From Myxococcales bacterium (GTDB taxonomy: Bacteria > Myxococcota_A > Bradymonadia > Bradymonadales > Bradymonadaceae): a stretch of 64,000 bases of DNA. The notes under the pieces were generated by a model. It saw only the letters and a list, made by a program, of their open reading frames with translations. It was not told the DNA's origin and made no database searches. The DNA lies in NCBI GenBank assembly GCA_007120035.1, contig SKON01000005.1, positions 614 to 64,613 of the forward strand, written 5' to 3'. Made by a program: the position numbers and the translations under genes. Numbering within the stretch: position 1 is the stretch's first letter; every line of letters starts with the position of its first letter. Positions 9,216 through 21,199 of this stretch are shown here, piece by piece.

Positions 9216-9250
9216 AAAAAACCCCGCTTCACCGAGAAGTGAAGCGGGGT
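9216..9250 (-). terminator. Rho-independent terminator after tRNA-Ala
   Basis: 11-bp stem (9222-9232 / 9239-9249), 6-nt loop, then T6 on the minus strand (9216-9221). Confidence 0.6.
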
Positions 9251-9259
9251 TCTGTGAAG

Positions 9260-9332
<73 letters not shown>

Positions 9333-9392
9333 AACGAATCCTTGTGTAGCGCTCCGGGGGCCAGGGATCAAGTCAGAAATGGCGGGATGGGG

Positions 9393-11090
9393 TTAGTCGG
9401 TGTCGTCCGGGGAGTGACGGGGGAGGATGAGGGTGACGCGGGTGCCCTGTCCGGGGGTGCTGGAGAGAGAGATCTCGCCGCCGAGGCGGTGGACGATCTC
9501 GCGGGTTAGAAAGAGGCCGAGGCCTGTGCCCTGGCCGGAGGGCTTGGTGGTGAAGAAGGGCTCGAAGACGCGCTCCTGGTGCTCTTCGGGGATGCCCGAG
9601 CCCGTGTCTTCCACGGTGATGGTGACCTGGCCGCTCTGGGAGCGGGTCATGAGGTGCACCTCGTTGTCGGCCGGGGAGCCGGGCTCGATAGCGTGGGCAG
9701 CGTTGACCAGGAGGTTGAGGACCACCTGGCTGATGCGGTGGGCGTTGGACCACACCGGGCCTTTGGCCGCGAGGGTCGTCTTCAGGGTGGCCCGGTCGTG
9801 AAGCATGGACTCTACCCACCGAAGGGGTGGCTGGAGGGCGGTGAGGAGATCCACGTAGTCGAGATCTTCTGTGGGCTCTCGAGCGAAGCTGTTGAGGTCG
9901 GCGGCGATGGAGCGGATCCGATCGACGCCGCGAAGGGTGGCGTCGAGCGCCTCCCGGACGTCGTCGAGATCCGCCTCGGAGGGGGATGGCTGGCTCAGGA
10001 CGTCGCGGAAGAACTCCAGGTTGGAGTGGACGAAGGAGAGGGGGTTTTTGATGTCGTGGCCGACTCCGGCGGCGACCATGCCCATGGAGACGATGCGGTC
10101 CATCTCCATGGCTCGGGCCAGGACTTCGTTTCGGAGGGTCACGTCCTGGAGGATCGAGACGTGGACCGGGTGGCCTTGGAAGTGGGCGTTCATGGTGCGG
10201 AATTCGGCGTCGACGGGGCGCCCTTCGCGACCGGTGAGTCGGATCTGATCGGGGACACCCTGGTGGTCGCCGAGGAGGGTAGCCAAGATCGCCGGCTGCT
10301 GGGAGAGCTCCGACAGGGGTCCCAGGAGGCGAACGGCGGCCTGGTTGAGGTAGTGGATCTTGTCGTCGTCGAAGATGATCACGGCGTCCGGGGAGTGCTC
10401 CACGAGGTCTCGGAAGCTGGTCTCGGATCGACGGACGTCCTCGAAGCTGGCGACCAGGGACTCATGCTGGGCGGCGTACTCCTCCATGAGCTCGTCGGAG
10501 CTTAAAGCGGCCGTGACAGCTCGTCTCAGCCGGGCCGGGAGGCTGAGCGACGGGGGCAGGTCGATCATGAAGTCTCCCCGTCGGGGGGTCAGGGAGAGCT
10601 TTACCCGGGCGGGCTCCATGCCGAGGAAGGTCGGGCCCTCCCGGTCGAAGGAGGCGGTGGCCCGGAAGAATTGGGGGCAGTCCCGGAGATGGTCAGGGAT
10701 CTCCATCGCCACGTGGAGCCGCCGGGGCCCGGCGTCTTCAAAGGTGGTCAGCTCCACGGCAGGGAACATGGTGGGCCCGAACCAATACTTGGAGGCGTGG
10801 AAGTACCACCGGGGGCTGGCCAGGCGGCCGCTGGCCTTTAAGAAAGGGCGAAAGGAGATCAGCGACGGCAAGATCTTGCCCAGGTTGTCGATGGGCTCAG
10901 GGCCGACGAGATCCTCGACGCGTTGGAAGTAGAGGGCGAACTCATCCCAGGGGATCCGGCGGTAGAAGGAGGAGCGGAGGTCTTCGTGGGTGAACGACAG
11001 GCCCCGGATCAGCTCGGTCTCGTCGAGATCGTGGGCCTCCACGACGTGAAGGACCGGGTCGAGGGCCCGGCTGAGGACATAGTCCTTCAT
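9393..11090 (-). CDS. Cytoplasmic sensor histidine kinase (unassigned N-terminal domain, PAS, HisKA, HATPase)
   Basis: H-box GVGHDIKNPLSFV, N-box LLVNAAHAI, G-boxes EDTGSGI and GQGTGLGL. No TM segment. The start MKDYVL at 11090 overlaps the upstream stop (ATGA). The track's upstream extension is Arg/Pro-rich and looks non-coding. Confidence 0.85.
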   Translation of the reverse strand: MKDYVLSRALDPVLHVVEAHDLDETELIRGLSFTHEDLRSSFYRRIPWDEFALYFQRVEDLVGPEPIDNLGKILPSLISFRPFLKASGRLASPRWYFHASKYWFGPTMFPAVELTTFEDAGPRRLHVAMEIPDHLRDCPQFFRATASFDREGPTFLGMEPARVKLSLTPRRGDFMIDLPPSLSLPARLRRAVTAALSSDELMEEYAAQHESLVASFEDVRRSETSFRDLVEHSPDAVIIFDDDKIHYLNQAAVRLLGPLSELSQQPAILATLLGDHQGVPDQIRLTGREGRPVDAEFRTMNAHFQGHPVHVSILQDVTLRNEVLARAMEMDRIVSMGMVAAGVGHDIKNPLSFVHSNLEFFRDVLSQPSPSEADLDDVREALDATLRGVDRIRSIAADLNSFAREPTEDLDYVDLLTALQPPLRWVESMLHDRATLKTTLAAKGPVWSNAHRISQVVLNLLVNAAHAIEPGSPADNEVHLMTRSQSGQVTITVEDTGSGIPEEHQERVFEPFFTTKPSGQGTGLGLFLTREIVHRLGGEISLSSTPGQGTRVTLILPRHSPDDTD

Positions 11091-12058
11091 GAGGGCCCCC
11101 AGATGGTTGGAAGAGGGGCCTCCACGGCGATGCGGTCGTCCGTGATGGGGTGGGTCAGCTCGATCCGCCAGGCGTGCAGCGCGTGCCGGGGAAAGGGGAG
11201 CCTGGCGAGGAGGGCCTGGTCGTCGGGGTGGTCGCAGATGTCGGTGAAGAAGTCGTCGGTCTGGCCGTAGAGCTTGTCGCCGGCGATGGGTGTGCCCTCC
11301 ATGAATAGGTGGACCCGGATCTGATGCTGGCGGCCGGACTCGATGCGGATCCGAAGGTCCGCCATTGGTGAGTAGGGGTGGTCGATCCGTCGCAGGGCTT
11401 GGACGTGGGTCGTAGCGGAGAGATCGCCCTTGGCCATCCGCATGGGGAGCCGGCTGGTGGGGTCGAACCCCAGCGGGGTGGTCAGGGTGGCCCGCTCTCC
11501 GGGGGGCCACCGGTGGTCGGGATCCAGGACCAGGGCCCGGTACATCTTTCGGGGGTCGTCGCCGGCGAAGAGACCGCGCAGGGGGGCGACGACGCCGGCG
11601 GTCAGGGCGCAGACCAGGACGCCGCTGGTCTCCCGGTCGATGCGGTGCACGGGCTCGGCTTCGGGGAGCCCCTGGCGCAGCAGGTAGTGGGTGATGGTGT
11701 TCAGACGAGTCGTGGCGGTCTCATGGACCAACATGCCGGCGGGCTTGTCGAGGATCAGGAGGTGAGCGTCGCGGAAGAGAGGGGCGACCTGATGGTCCTG
11801 GACTTCCTCGGGGGGCAGCTCCTGCCGGAGGGTGACGACGTCGTCGAGGCGCAGGCGGGTGGAGGGCTTGGCCCGCCGGCGAGGAGCGACGGTGGCGTTG
11901 CCTTCTTTAATGACCCGGGCGGCCAGGGTGCGGGACATGCCATCGATGCGATTGGCCAGGTACTCGTCGAGGCGCCAGCCCACGAAGTTATGATCCACCT
12001 CGTAGGAGCGAACCCGGACGTTCTCTTCTATTCGCTGTGGGATGGTGTCTTCCATCAT
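11087..12058 (-). CDS. RluA-family (RluD-like) pseudouridine synthase with an S4 domain
   Basis: Catalytic motif HRIDRETSGVLV. N-terminal S4-like segment RLDEYLANRIDGMSRTLAARVIKEG. Confidence 0.9.
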   Translation of the reverse strand: MMEDTIPQRIEENVRVRSYEVDHNFVGWRLDEYLANRIDGMSRTLAARVIKEGNATVAPRRRAKPSTRLRLDDVVTLRQELPPEEVQDHQVAPLFRDAHLLILDKPAGMLVHETATTRLNTITHYLLRQGLPEAEPVHRIDRETSGVLVCALTAGVVAPLRGLFAGDDPRKMYRALVLDPDHRWPPGERATLTTPLGFDPTSRLPMRMAKGDLSATTHVQALRRIDHPYSPMADLRIRIESGRQHQIRVHLFMEGTPIAGDKLYGQTDDFFTDICDHPDDQALLARLPFPRHALHAWRIELTHPITDDRIAVEAPLPTIWGPS

Positions 12059-12091
12059 GGTCGTGACAGTAGCATGGATCGTAGGGAACGA

Positions 12092-13636
12092 TCATTGCTG
12101 GGGCCGCAGAAACTCCTCGATAAGGCCGGGGTCATCGCGGAGCTCGGCGACCTCTTCCAGGACGGAGATGGCCCGGTCGGTGAAGTCGTCGCCGAGCTCC
12201 AGGGAGAGCCGGAAGAGGGCGGCAAACCCCACCCGCTCCCCGTAAGGGTCGTCAACCCGGGGGAGAGCTGCGACCAGGGCGTTGAAGAGGGCCTCGGAGA
12301 CCTCCCGGGGGCGGTCATGGCGAGACCACTCGGCGGCGGTGGAGATCACCATCGTTGGACTCAGCTCGGGGCTCGACTCTTCGATGTGTCGGGCCATGAG
12401 GATCTCGTCGGCCTGGCGGTCGCCGAGGCCGTAGGTGACGGCGAAAGCCGAGCCCACCAGGAAGATCGCCACCAGGAGTCCGGCGAAGAGAGTGGTCAGA
12501 CGGGAGACCGGGGGGCGAGGGAGGAAGGGGCCTCTGTGGGGAGCTGTCATGGCCCAGGCCAAGGCCATCCCGGCGGCGAAGCCCCCGAAGTGGGCCCATT
12601 TGTCGATGACCGGAACGAAGACCGAGAGAGCCACGTTCAGGCCGAGGATCACGGCCCACCACATGCGACTCTGACGGTACGGGGGAGGGAGGGAGGCGCC
12701 GTATCGGAGCTGGACGGCGAAGTAGGCGCCCAGGAGACCGAAGAGACCCGTGGACATCCCCACGGAGAAGAGCGCCTGGCCTGCGATGGTGGAGGCCGTG
12801 GCCCCGGCCAGAGCCGTGGCCAGCACGAGGACGACGGTGCGAACCTCGCCGAGGAGACGCTCGGAGTAGGTGCCCAGGAAGTAGAGGGCGAAGCCGTTGA
12901 CCAGGATGTGGACCGTGTTGCCATGGAGGAGGTTGGCGGTGATCACCCGCCACCACTGGCCGTGGTCGAAGACCAAAAGCGAGGAGTTAGCGCCCCAGTA
13001 CAGGGACTCCAGGACCTGCACGGGGTGGCCCAGGAAGTACTGGCCGGCGAAGACGGCGATCAGCAGCCACAGGAGGTACTTGGAGAACCGGGGCTGCACG
13101 GCTGTGGTTTCTTGGCTGAGCTCGGCCAGGGCCTGCATCTCCCGGAGGCGCTCGAAGGCCCGTGGCCGACGTTGGATGCGATCCAGGATCTGGGACCAGA
13201 ACACTCGCCAGAGCTCGGGGTGGGGGAAGTCGCTGGCCACATAGATCTGGGTCTTCTGGCCACCATCGATGACGAGCGCTGGTTCGCCCCGGGAGACCAG
13301 GGGGACGATGGTGCGGATCTCGTCGTAGGGGAGGTCTCGGTACCGCCAGGAGTTGCGGCTCTTGGGCAGGCGGAGGTGGTCCTTCTCGAAGAAGATCACC
13401 CGCGGTGATCGGGGCAGGGAGAGGCGCCGTAGCCCTAGGAGGATGGCCGGCAGGAGCGCCGGGGCCAACCAGGCCCACCAGGGCAATTCGGTGTCCAGGA
13501 TCTCCGCCGATTGCTGGAGGAGCCCGAAGATCAGAAAGGCCAGGAGCGCCGCCAGGATCATCATCCCGCGGGTGATCAACCGGGGGGGAGCCAGGGGGAG
13601 CTGCTCCATGGGCTTTGGCGGGGTAACGTCGATCAT
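12092..13636 (-). CDS. Rhomboid-family intramembrane serine protease with N- and C-terminal extensions
   Basis: Rhomboid motifs WWRVITANLLHGNTVHILVNG, GMSTGLFGLLGAY (GxSxG) and AHFGGFAAG. Start MIDVT at 13636 overlaps the upstream stop (ATGA). Confidence 0.85.
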   Translation of the reverse strand: MIDVTPPKPMEQLPLAPPRLITRGMMILAALLAFLIFGLLQQSAEILDTELPWWAWLAPALLPAILLGLRRLSLPRSPRVIFFEKDHLRLPKSRNSWRYRDLPYDEIRTIVPLVSRGEPALVIDGGQKTQIYVASDFPHPELWRVFWSQILDRIQRRPRAFERLREMQALAELSQETTAVQPRFSKYLLWLLIAVFAGQYFLGHPVQVLESLYWGANSSLLVFDHGQWWRVITANLLHGNTVHILVNGFALYFLGTYSERLLGEVRTVVLVLATALAGATASTIAGQALFSVGMSTGLFGLLGAYFAVQLRYGASLPPPYRQSRMWWAVILGLNVALSVFVPVIDKWAHFGGFAAGMALAWAMTAPHRGPFLPRPPVSRLTTLFAGLLVAIFLVGSAFAVTYGLGDRQADEILMARHIEESSPELSPTMVISTAAEWSRHDRPREVSEALFNALVAALPRVDDPYGERVGFAALFRLSLELGDDFTDRAISVLEEVAELRDDPGLIEEFLRPQQ

Positions 13637-14409
13637 GAGCAGTGGGTGTCTTCGGCGGGGGACCAGGCATCGCGGACGGCGTGGAGGTCCTGGACGGTGT
13701 CGATCTCTCGCCATCCGCCGTCGATGGGGACGGCAGTCAGGGGTACGCCGGCGTCGATCATCTCCTCGAAGAGGTCCGCCAGGTAGGCCCGCCGGAAGGG
13801 GCGCCCCTGTCGGAAAGGGGCGTCGTCGGTGAGGCGCTCCCGTACTCTATGAAAGTGTTCTCGGAGCGCCTCTGTTCCCCGGGCCGTGTAGGAGGCCAGG
13901 CCGATGAACTCCCCCAGGGCGCCGTCGGGAGGGACCTGCTTGCCGACGGCGGTGATCTGTCCGGTGTCGTCGACCCTGGTGAGCTCGGCTTGCTCCACGG
14001 GGTGGTCGTGGCGCCCCTGGTAGGCCCTACGCCACTGGCGGTCGACGATGAGGTTGATGTCGCCCGGGGCCGAGAGGGCGGCTTTCACCACGTCGGCGGT
14101 GAAGACGATGTCCGAGTAGGTCGTCAGCAGCGGGCCTTCAAGGGCCTCCTCGGCGCAGAAGAGGGAGTGGAGGATGTTGTTCTGCTCCCACCGGGGGTTC
14201 TCGTGGTAGGTGGCGCCGTCGACGGTCAGGCGAGTGGCGAGGTAGCCGCGGACGATGTGGATGTCCGTGACGCCACAGGCCTCAAAGGCGGCGAGCTGGT
14301 GGTCCAGGATGGACCGGCCCCCCACGGAGACCATGCATTTGGGCTTCTCGTCGGTGAACCCCTCCAGGCGGCTCCCTCGTCCGGCGGCGATAATGATCAC
14401 TCGTTTCAT
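13633..14409 (-). CDS. Nucleotidyltransferase, cytidylyltransferase-like (LicC/IPCT-type NTP_transferase)
   Basis: MKRVIIIAAGRGSRLEGFTDEKPKCM (GxGSR...K signature) and C-terminal WREIDTVQDL. ATGA overlaps at both ends. Confidence 0.85.
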   Translation of the reverse strand: MKRVIIIAAGRGSRLEGFTDEKPKCMVSVGGRSILDHQLAAFEACGVTDIHIVRGYLATRLTVDGATYHENPRWEQNNILHSLFCAEEALEGPLLTTYSDIVFTADVVKAALSAPGDINLIVDRQWRRAYQGRHDHPVEQAELTRVDDTGQITAVGKQVPPDGALGEFIGLASYTARGTEALREHFHRVRERLTDDAPFRQGRPFRRAYLADLFEEMIDAGVPLTAVPIDGGWREIDTVQDLHAVRDAWSPAEDTHCS

Positions 14410-15164
14410 CGATAGAATCCCGGGGAGCCCAGGCGCAGGAGCACCTGTAGGCCCGTCTTGGTCAGGTAGAGAAGATAAACACCGAGGAAGGGGACCAGAA
14501 AGAGGATCGCCGTGTCCAGGGGGGCGACAAACCCCAGGAGGGTGACCCAGAGGATCCATGACGGGTAGTGAACGAAGTATCGGGCGATGGCCTCGGCGAG
14601 CCACACCGCCTTGCCGATCAGGGAGGCCGGGACGGGGCGCTTCTTGGCGGACTCCCCGGGGGCGATCTCCCGACCGGCGTACTCGGGGCGGCGGATGAAG
14701 TTGGTCAGCGAGGTGGCCACGCTGACCAGGGCGACGGCGACGAGGCCTCCCAAGAGCCACAGGGGTTCGTCGTAGAGGAGCCACAGGCGGATTCCGCAGG
14801 CGCCGACCAGGGCCAGGGCCTTGATCTCGTCCATCAAGAAGTCCAGGTGGGCGCCCACCTCGGAGGTCATCTCTTTGAGCCTGGCGAGTTGGCCGTCGGC
14901 GCAATCAAGCACGTAGGAAGCCTGCACCAGGAGGGCGCCGACCAGAAACCCCAGGGGACCCGGGATCAGGGCCAGGGCGGCGGCGGCGAAGAGAAAGAGG
15001 CCGCCGCCGAGGAAGGTCACCTGGTTGGGGGTCAAGGGGGTTCGGGCCAGGACGTAGACGACGACGGCGGCGACGGGCCGGGCGACGTACCGGTTCCAGG
15101 CGATGTCCTCGGACTTGCGGGACTGCCGGTAGACCTGGCGGATGGAGTCGGCGACGCCGGTCAT
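14406..15164 (-). CDS. CDP-alcohol phosphatidyltransferase family membrane protein
   Basis: Exact signature D-x2-D-G-x2-A-R-x8-G-x3-D-x3-D in LDCADGQLARLKEMTSEVGAHLDFLMDE. Multi-TM. Start MTGVADS at 15164 overlaps the upstream stop. Confidence 0.85.
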   Translation of the reverse strand: MTGVADSIRQVYRQSRKSEDIAWNRYVARPVAAVVVYVLARTPLTPNQVTFLGGGLFLFAAAALALIPGPLGFLVGALLVQASYVLDCADGQLARLKEMTSEVGAHLDFLMDEIKALALVGACGIRLWLLYDEPLWLLGGLVAVALVSVATSLTNFIRRPEYAGREIAPGESAKKRPVPASLIGKAVWLAEAIARYFVHYPSWILWVTLLGFVAPLDTAILFLVPFLGVYLLYLTKTGLQVLLRLGSPGFYR

Positions 15165-15750
15165 CGATCCCCCACGTCCAGGCTGGCCCAGGAGGTCATG
15201 GTCTCTTCTTCCATGACCATGGTCTGGCCGTCCCACCGCCAGAGGTGTTGGGCGCCGCGGCCGGCGCCGTCGGCCAGGGCGAAGCCCTCTTCGTGGACCC
15301 AGTACTCGCCATTGGGATCGGGGGCGGTGATCTCCCAGGTCTGGGGGAGCTCTTGATGCCAGACGCTCCAGAACTCGTAGTGCCGTCGGAAGTCCTCGTC
15401 GGGATCCTCGCCAGGGGTCTCCAGGAAGGCCCGCCAGTGATCCTTGAGGACGATCAATGCCTGATCGGTGTCGGTGTTCATCAGCTCCCGGCCGGCGATG
15501 AGCCCGGGGACGTCGGTGATGAAGAGGAAGAGGCGCTCCGGCAGGGGCTGGCTCTTTAGAGCGGGGAAGTGTTCTTCGTGGCGACTGTGCTCCAGGAGCT
15601 CGAAGAATTGCACCAGGACGCCGCCGGTGATCCGGCGCTGCCAGTGTTGGCGGGCGTCGAGATCGGAGGGGTCGCCGGCCGGGACGGCCCGTGGCTCGAG
15701 GAATCGAAGGAGGCTGTCTCGCCAGGTGACGACGTCGTCGCGCAGGGTGG

Positions 15751-15754
<4 letters not shown>
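15161..15754 (-). CDS. Hypothetical cytoplasmic protein (197 aa)
   Basis: ORF with balanced composition and ATGA overlaps with both neighbours. No family recognised. Confidence 0.6.
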
Positions 15755-17214
<1,460 letters not shown>

Positions 17215-17241
17215 GGATTGATTCTCCCGGCGTTGGGGGAC

Positions 17242-18951
17242 TCAGACGCCGGGAGTGTAGTCGTCGTCGCGAGGAGGCGCAACGGGGAGGGTAAACCAGA
17301 ACCGGGCGCCCCCTTCGTCGCGCCGGGAGTACCCCACTTCGCCGCCCATGGCGGTGACCAGGTGCTTGACGATGGAGAGGCCAAGGCCGGTGCCGCCGAG
17401 CCCGGGGGTGCGGCCTTCGTCGGCCCTGTAGAACCGCTCGAAGATACGCTCCTGGTGGGCGGGTTCGACGCCGGGGCCGTCGTCGAGGACTTCGATCAGG
17501 ACCTCGAGATCACGGGGTTGGGCTCGGAGGATGATAGCTCCGTCTTCGGGGGTGAACTTCAACGCGTTGTCCAAGAGGTTCAAAAGGACCTGGTCGAGGG
17601 CGCCGGGATCGGCGATCACGCGGATCGAAGGGTCCACCTCGTGGAGAAGGGTGGGGCTCTCTTCCGTGGCCGGGGCGGCCTCGATGGTGTCGCCCACGGC
17701 CGCGGCCAGTTGGATCTCCTCGGGCTGGAAGGTCCGTCGGCCGGCCTCAATGCGAGAGATGTCGAGGAGGTCGGCGATGAGGCGGGTGAGGCGCTCGGCG
17801 TTGCGGTGGATCCCGTCGGTGAACCGGCGGGCGTGGTCCGGGGTGTCGAGGGCCCCGTCCAAGAGGGTCTCGGCGTTGGCCTGGATCACGGCCACCGGGG
17901 TCCGCAGCTCGTGGGAGACGTTGGCGACGAAGTCGCGGCGCATGGTCTCCAGCCGTCGGATGGCGGTGACATCGTGGAGAACCAGGATCAGCCCGGCTCC
18001 TTTTCGGCTGGTCCCGTGGGCCAAGAGGCGCACCCCGGGGGGATCGAGGGTGAACTCCGCCATGGCCTGCCCGGCGTTGTGTGCTTCTTCGAAGAGGGTG
18101 AAGAGCGGTGCGTTGGGGACCAGCTCTTCCAACGGACGCCCGTGCACGGCGTCGCTGGCGTCGAGGAGAAGACGGGCGGCGGGGTTGATCAAGGTGACCC
18201 GGTGCTTCTCGTCGAGGACCAGCACCCCTTCGCTCATGCCCTCCAGGACGGCCCGAAATCGATCCCGCTCTTCGGCGAGGGTGCCCATGGTCCGCTCCAA
18301 CTCCCGGGTGAGCTCCCGCACAGATCCCCCCGAGGGGGATCGGTCGGACTCCCGGCTTCGGGCCAGGAGCTCTTGCAAATGTCGAGACATCATCGAGGAG
18401 GCGAAGCTGCTCATGAAGATGGCGACGCCCAGGCCGAAGAGGCCGCCGATGAAGAGGAGCAGCCGGAGGTGGCCCAGGACCTGATCGACGTCGCTCAGGG
18501 GCATCGCGACCCGGACGACGGAGTCGGTGTCGGGCAAGTCCAGGGCGACGTAGAGGAGATCGGTGCCCGTGGAGGTGCTTCGCCGCCGAGCCCGCCCCAG
18601 GCCGTCCTCCCGGGCGGCGACGATCTCGGGGCGGAGGTTGTGGTCGTCGAGGTCGGCCAGGCGTTCTGCCTCGACGGTGTTGTCAGCCAGGACCCGGCCG
18701 TCGCCGCCGATCAGGGTGATTCGGTATCCCAGGTCACCGATCTCGTCGATGAAGCTCTGGCGAGCGTCTTCCTGGTCGAGGGCTTTCAGGGATTGCGCGA
18801 CCAGGTGGGCCCGATCGCGGAGATCGGCCTCGATCATGGACTCCGTCCAGCCTCGGAGGGTCTGGTGGAGGTACACACCGGTGATCAGGAGAAACCCGGC
18901 GATCAAGGCCAGGGAGAGGAGAAAGAGCCGGCTTCGAAAGGAGAAGAACAC
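17242..18951 (-). CDS. Membrane sensor histidine kinase, PhoR-like architecture (TM, periplasmic domain, TM, HAMP, PAS, HisKA, HATPase)
   Basis: H-box FVANVSHELRTPVAVIQ and G-boxes DDGPGV / GGTGLGLSIVKH. Proposed GTG start at 18951, 4 nt after the regulator stop, giving VFFSFRSRLFLLSLALIAGFLLI. Confidence 0.85.
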   Translation of the reverse strand: MFFSFRSRLFLLSLALIAGFLLITGVYLHQTLRGWTESMIEADLRDRAHLVAQSLKALDQEDARQSFIDEIGDLGYRITLIGGDGRVLADNTVEAERLADLDDHNLRPEIVAAREDGLGRARRRSTSTGTDLLYVALDLPDTDSVVRVAMPLSDVDQVLGHLRLLLFIGGLFGLGVAIFMSSFASSMMSRHLQELLARSRESDRSPSGGSVRELTRELERTMGTLAEERDRFRAVLEGMSEGVLVLDEKHRVTLINPAARLLLDASDAVHGRPLEELVPNAPLFTLFEEAHNAGQAMAEFTLDPPGVRLLAHGTSRKGAGLILVLHDVTAIRRLETMRRDFVANVSHELRTPVAVIQANAETLLDGALDTPDHARRFTDGIHRNAERLTRLIADLLDISRIEAGRRTFQPEEIQLAAAVGDTIEAAPATEESPTLLHEVDPSIRVIADPGALDQVLLNLLDNALKFTPEDGAIILRAQPRDLEVLIEVLDDGPGVEPAHQERIFERFYRADEGRTPGLGGTGLGLSIVKHLVTAMGGEVGYSRRDEGGARFWFTLPVAPPRDDDYTPGV

Positions 18952-18955
18952 GCCC

Positions 18956-19663
18956 CTACTCCTGGGGTGGGGGCTGGTCGGCAAACCGGTACCCGATCCC
19001 GCGGAGGGTCTCGATATAGGCGCCGACGGGGCCAAGCTTTTCGCGGAGCCGCTTGATGTGGGTGTCCACGGTTCGTGTCATCACGTCGGCCGTGATATCC
19101 CAGACGTCGGCCAGGAGGACCTCTCGGGATTGGGCGCGGCCTCGGCGGACAAAAAGGGTCTTGAGGAGGCGAAACTCCAGCGCCGTGAGTTGCACGGGCT
19201 CACCATCGACGGCGACCTCGCAGGCCGGGATATTGACCAGGAGGCGACCAAAGGAGATCTCCTCCTGGATCGGCTCGGAGGTGGAGCCTCGCCGCCGCAG
19301 GAGGGCCCGGACGCGGAGCATAAGCTCTCGGACGCTGAAGGGTTTTACGACGTAGTCGTCGGCCCCGGCCTCGAAGCCGACCACCCGATCGGTCTCTTCT
19401 CCCCGGGCGGTGAGCATCAACACGGGGATCTCCCGGGTGGTCTCGTCGTTGCGGAGGCGGCGGCAGACGTCGGTGCCCGGGAGATCGGGGAGCATCAGGT
19501 CGAGGATCACCAGATCGGGGAGCTCGTCACCGCGGAGGGCCTCGATGGCGGACTCGCCAGTGGTGGCGCTCTGAGTTCGGTACCCCTCTTTCTGAAGGTT
19601 GTACTCCAGGGTGTGGACGAGATCGACTTCGTCCTCGACGACAAGGATCAGGGGACTGCTCAT
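18956..19663 (-). CDS. OmpR/PhoB-family response regulator
   Basis: Receiver domain (LILVVEDEVDL, DLVILDLMLPD, VVKPF) and winged helix (TRTVDTHIKRLREKLG...IETLRGIGYRF). Start MSSPLIL at 19663. Confidence 0.9.
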   Translation of the reverse strand: MSSPLILVVEDEVDLVHTLEYNLQKEGYRTQSATTGESAIEALRGDELPDLVILDLMLPDLPGTDVCRRLRNDETTREIPVLMLTARGEETDRVVGFEAGADDYVVKPFSVRELMLRVRALLRRRGSTSEPIQEEISFGRLLVNIPACEVAVDGEPVQLTALEFRLLKTLFVRRGRAQSREVLLADVWDITADVMTRTVDTHIKRLREKLGPVGAYIETLRGIGYRFADQPPPQE

Positions 19664-19673
19664 GGAAGGCTCG

Positions 19674-21107
19674 TCATTGAGTTCGGGCCCGATTCTTTGC
19701 GCGCTCCAAGACCTCATGGCGAAGGTCACGGAGGCGCAGGCTCAAGCCTACTTTGTAAATGTGGGGGTTGTCGAAGCGTTGGTGTTCGTCGGGGAGGAGA
19801 GCCAGACGCTCTCCGGCGTAGGCTCGGGCCTCCAGGGTGGAGTGGAGGGGGGCGCTGAGCTCGCCGCCGTCGAGGACTCGGTGGAGGAGGGGCTCCTGAC
19901 GCAGATGACCGACGGCCACGTCCCGGTAGGGGTCGTGGGGGTGGAAGAGGTGATCGACTTGATCCTCGTCCTCGCAGGCGATGGCGTCCCCGTAGAAGAG
20001 GCCCTCGTCATCGTAGAGGCGATAGACCACTTTGGGGCCGGGAAAGTTCACCTTCTCGAAGTTCTCGGAGATCTTGATCCGGGGGGAGCCGGAGAATTCG
20101 CAGAGTTTGTAGACGCCGTCGAGGGCCGGGTCGTCGTGGGCGGTGACGAGCTGGGTGCCGACGCCGAAGACGTCGAGGGGCGCGTCCTGATCGCGGAGGA
20201 GGCTGCGGATGACCCGCTCGTCGAGGGAGTTGGAGGCGGCGATCTTGACGTCCGGGAACCCCGCTTCGTCGAAGAGGCGGCGGGTCTCCCGAGAGAGGTA
20301 GGCCAGGTCCCCGCTGTCGAGGCGGACGCCGACGAGCTCGTGGCCTCGGGCGCGGAGCTCCCGGGCGACGGTGATGGCGTTGGGGACGCCGCTGCGCAAC
20401 GTGTCGTAGGTATCGACCAGGAGGATGCATCGGTCCGGGTAGTGTTCGGCGTAGGTGCGAAAGGCCGTGAGTTCGTCGGGGAAGCTCTGGATCCAGGCAT
20501 GGGCCTGGGTGCCGGCGACCTCGATGCCCTCGTTCTTGCCGATCAGGACGTGGGAGGTGGCGTCGAACCCGCCGATGATCGCCGCTCGGGACGCCTGCAG
20601 TCCGCCCATCCCCGGGGCCCGTCGGAGTCCGAAGTCGATCAGCTTACGGTCGCCTGCGACCCGTCGCATCCGAGAGGCTTTGGTGGCGATCAAGGAGGAG
20701 AAGTTGATCAGGTTCAGCAGGGCCGTCTCGATGAGTTGAGCTTCCAGGACCCGCCCGCGGACCCGGATCACTGGCTCGTAGGGGAAGACCACTTCCCCTT
20801 CGGCGGGGGCCAGGATCTCTCCCTGGAACCGGAGATCCTTCAGGGCCGACAGAAAGGGATCCCCGAACCCGAGGGTGGCCAGGTACTCCAGGGCGTCGTC
20901 GTGAAACCGAAAGCCCTGAAGGAGGTCGATGAACTCCTTGAGGCCAGCGAAGATCACGTAGCCGCCGTCGAAGGGGGCCCGTCGGAAGAAGTAGTCGAAG
21001 GTCGCCGGCTCGTCGGCGGTGCCCGCCAGGAAGTGCCCCTGAGCCATCGTGAGCTGGTAGAGATCGGTGTAGAGGGGCAGGTCGCGGGAGAGGAGATGGG
21101 CGCTCAT
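19674..21107 (-). CDS. pncB: Nicotinate phosphoribosyltransferase
   Basis: N-terminal [15 protein letters not shown] and the phospho-His region [12 protein letters not shown]. Start MSAHLL at 21107. Confidence 0.9.
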   Translation of the reverse strand: MSAHLLSRDLPLYTDLYQLTMAQGHFLAGTADEPATFDYFFRRAPFDGGYVIFAGLKEFIDLLQGFRFHDDALEYLATLGFGDPFLSALKDLRFQGEILAPAEGEVVFPYEPVIRVRGRVLEAQLIETALLNLINFSSLIATKASRMRRVAGDRKLIDFGLRRAPGMGGLQASRAAIIGGFDATSHVLIGKNEGIEVAGTQAHAWIQSFPDELTAFRTYAEHYPDRCILLVDTYDTLRSGVPNAITVARELRARGHELVGVRLDSGDLAYLSRETRRLFDEAGFPDVKIAASNSLDERVIRSLLRDQDAPLDVFGVGTQLVTAHDDPALDGVYKLCEFSGSPRIKISENFEKVNFPGPKVVYRLYDDEGLFYGDAIACEDEDQVDHLFHPHDPYRDVAVGHLRQEPLLHRVLDGGELSAPLHSTLEARAYAGERLALLPDEHQRFDNPHIYKVGLSLRLRDLRHEVLERAKNRARTQ

Positions 21108-21199
21108 GGGAGTCCCGAGGCAGTGGTTGAAAAGTGGAACCATCCGGGCAATGGTGGTCACGACCACGGGAGATTGCAACCCTTTTGCGGAGCCCGTCT

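Noticed and set aside
17242-19663. Naming the two-component pair phoR/phoB
   Set aside because: The architecture fits PhoR/PhoB, but many OmpR-family pairs share it. No pst/phoU genes or Pho boxes are recognisable nearby, so only the family-level call is kept.
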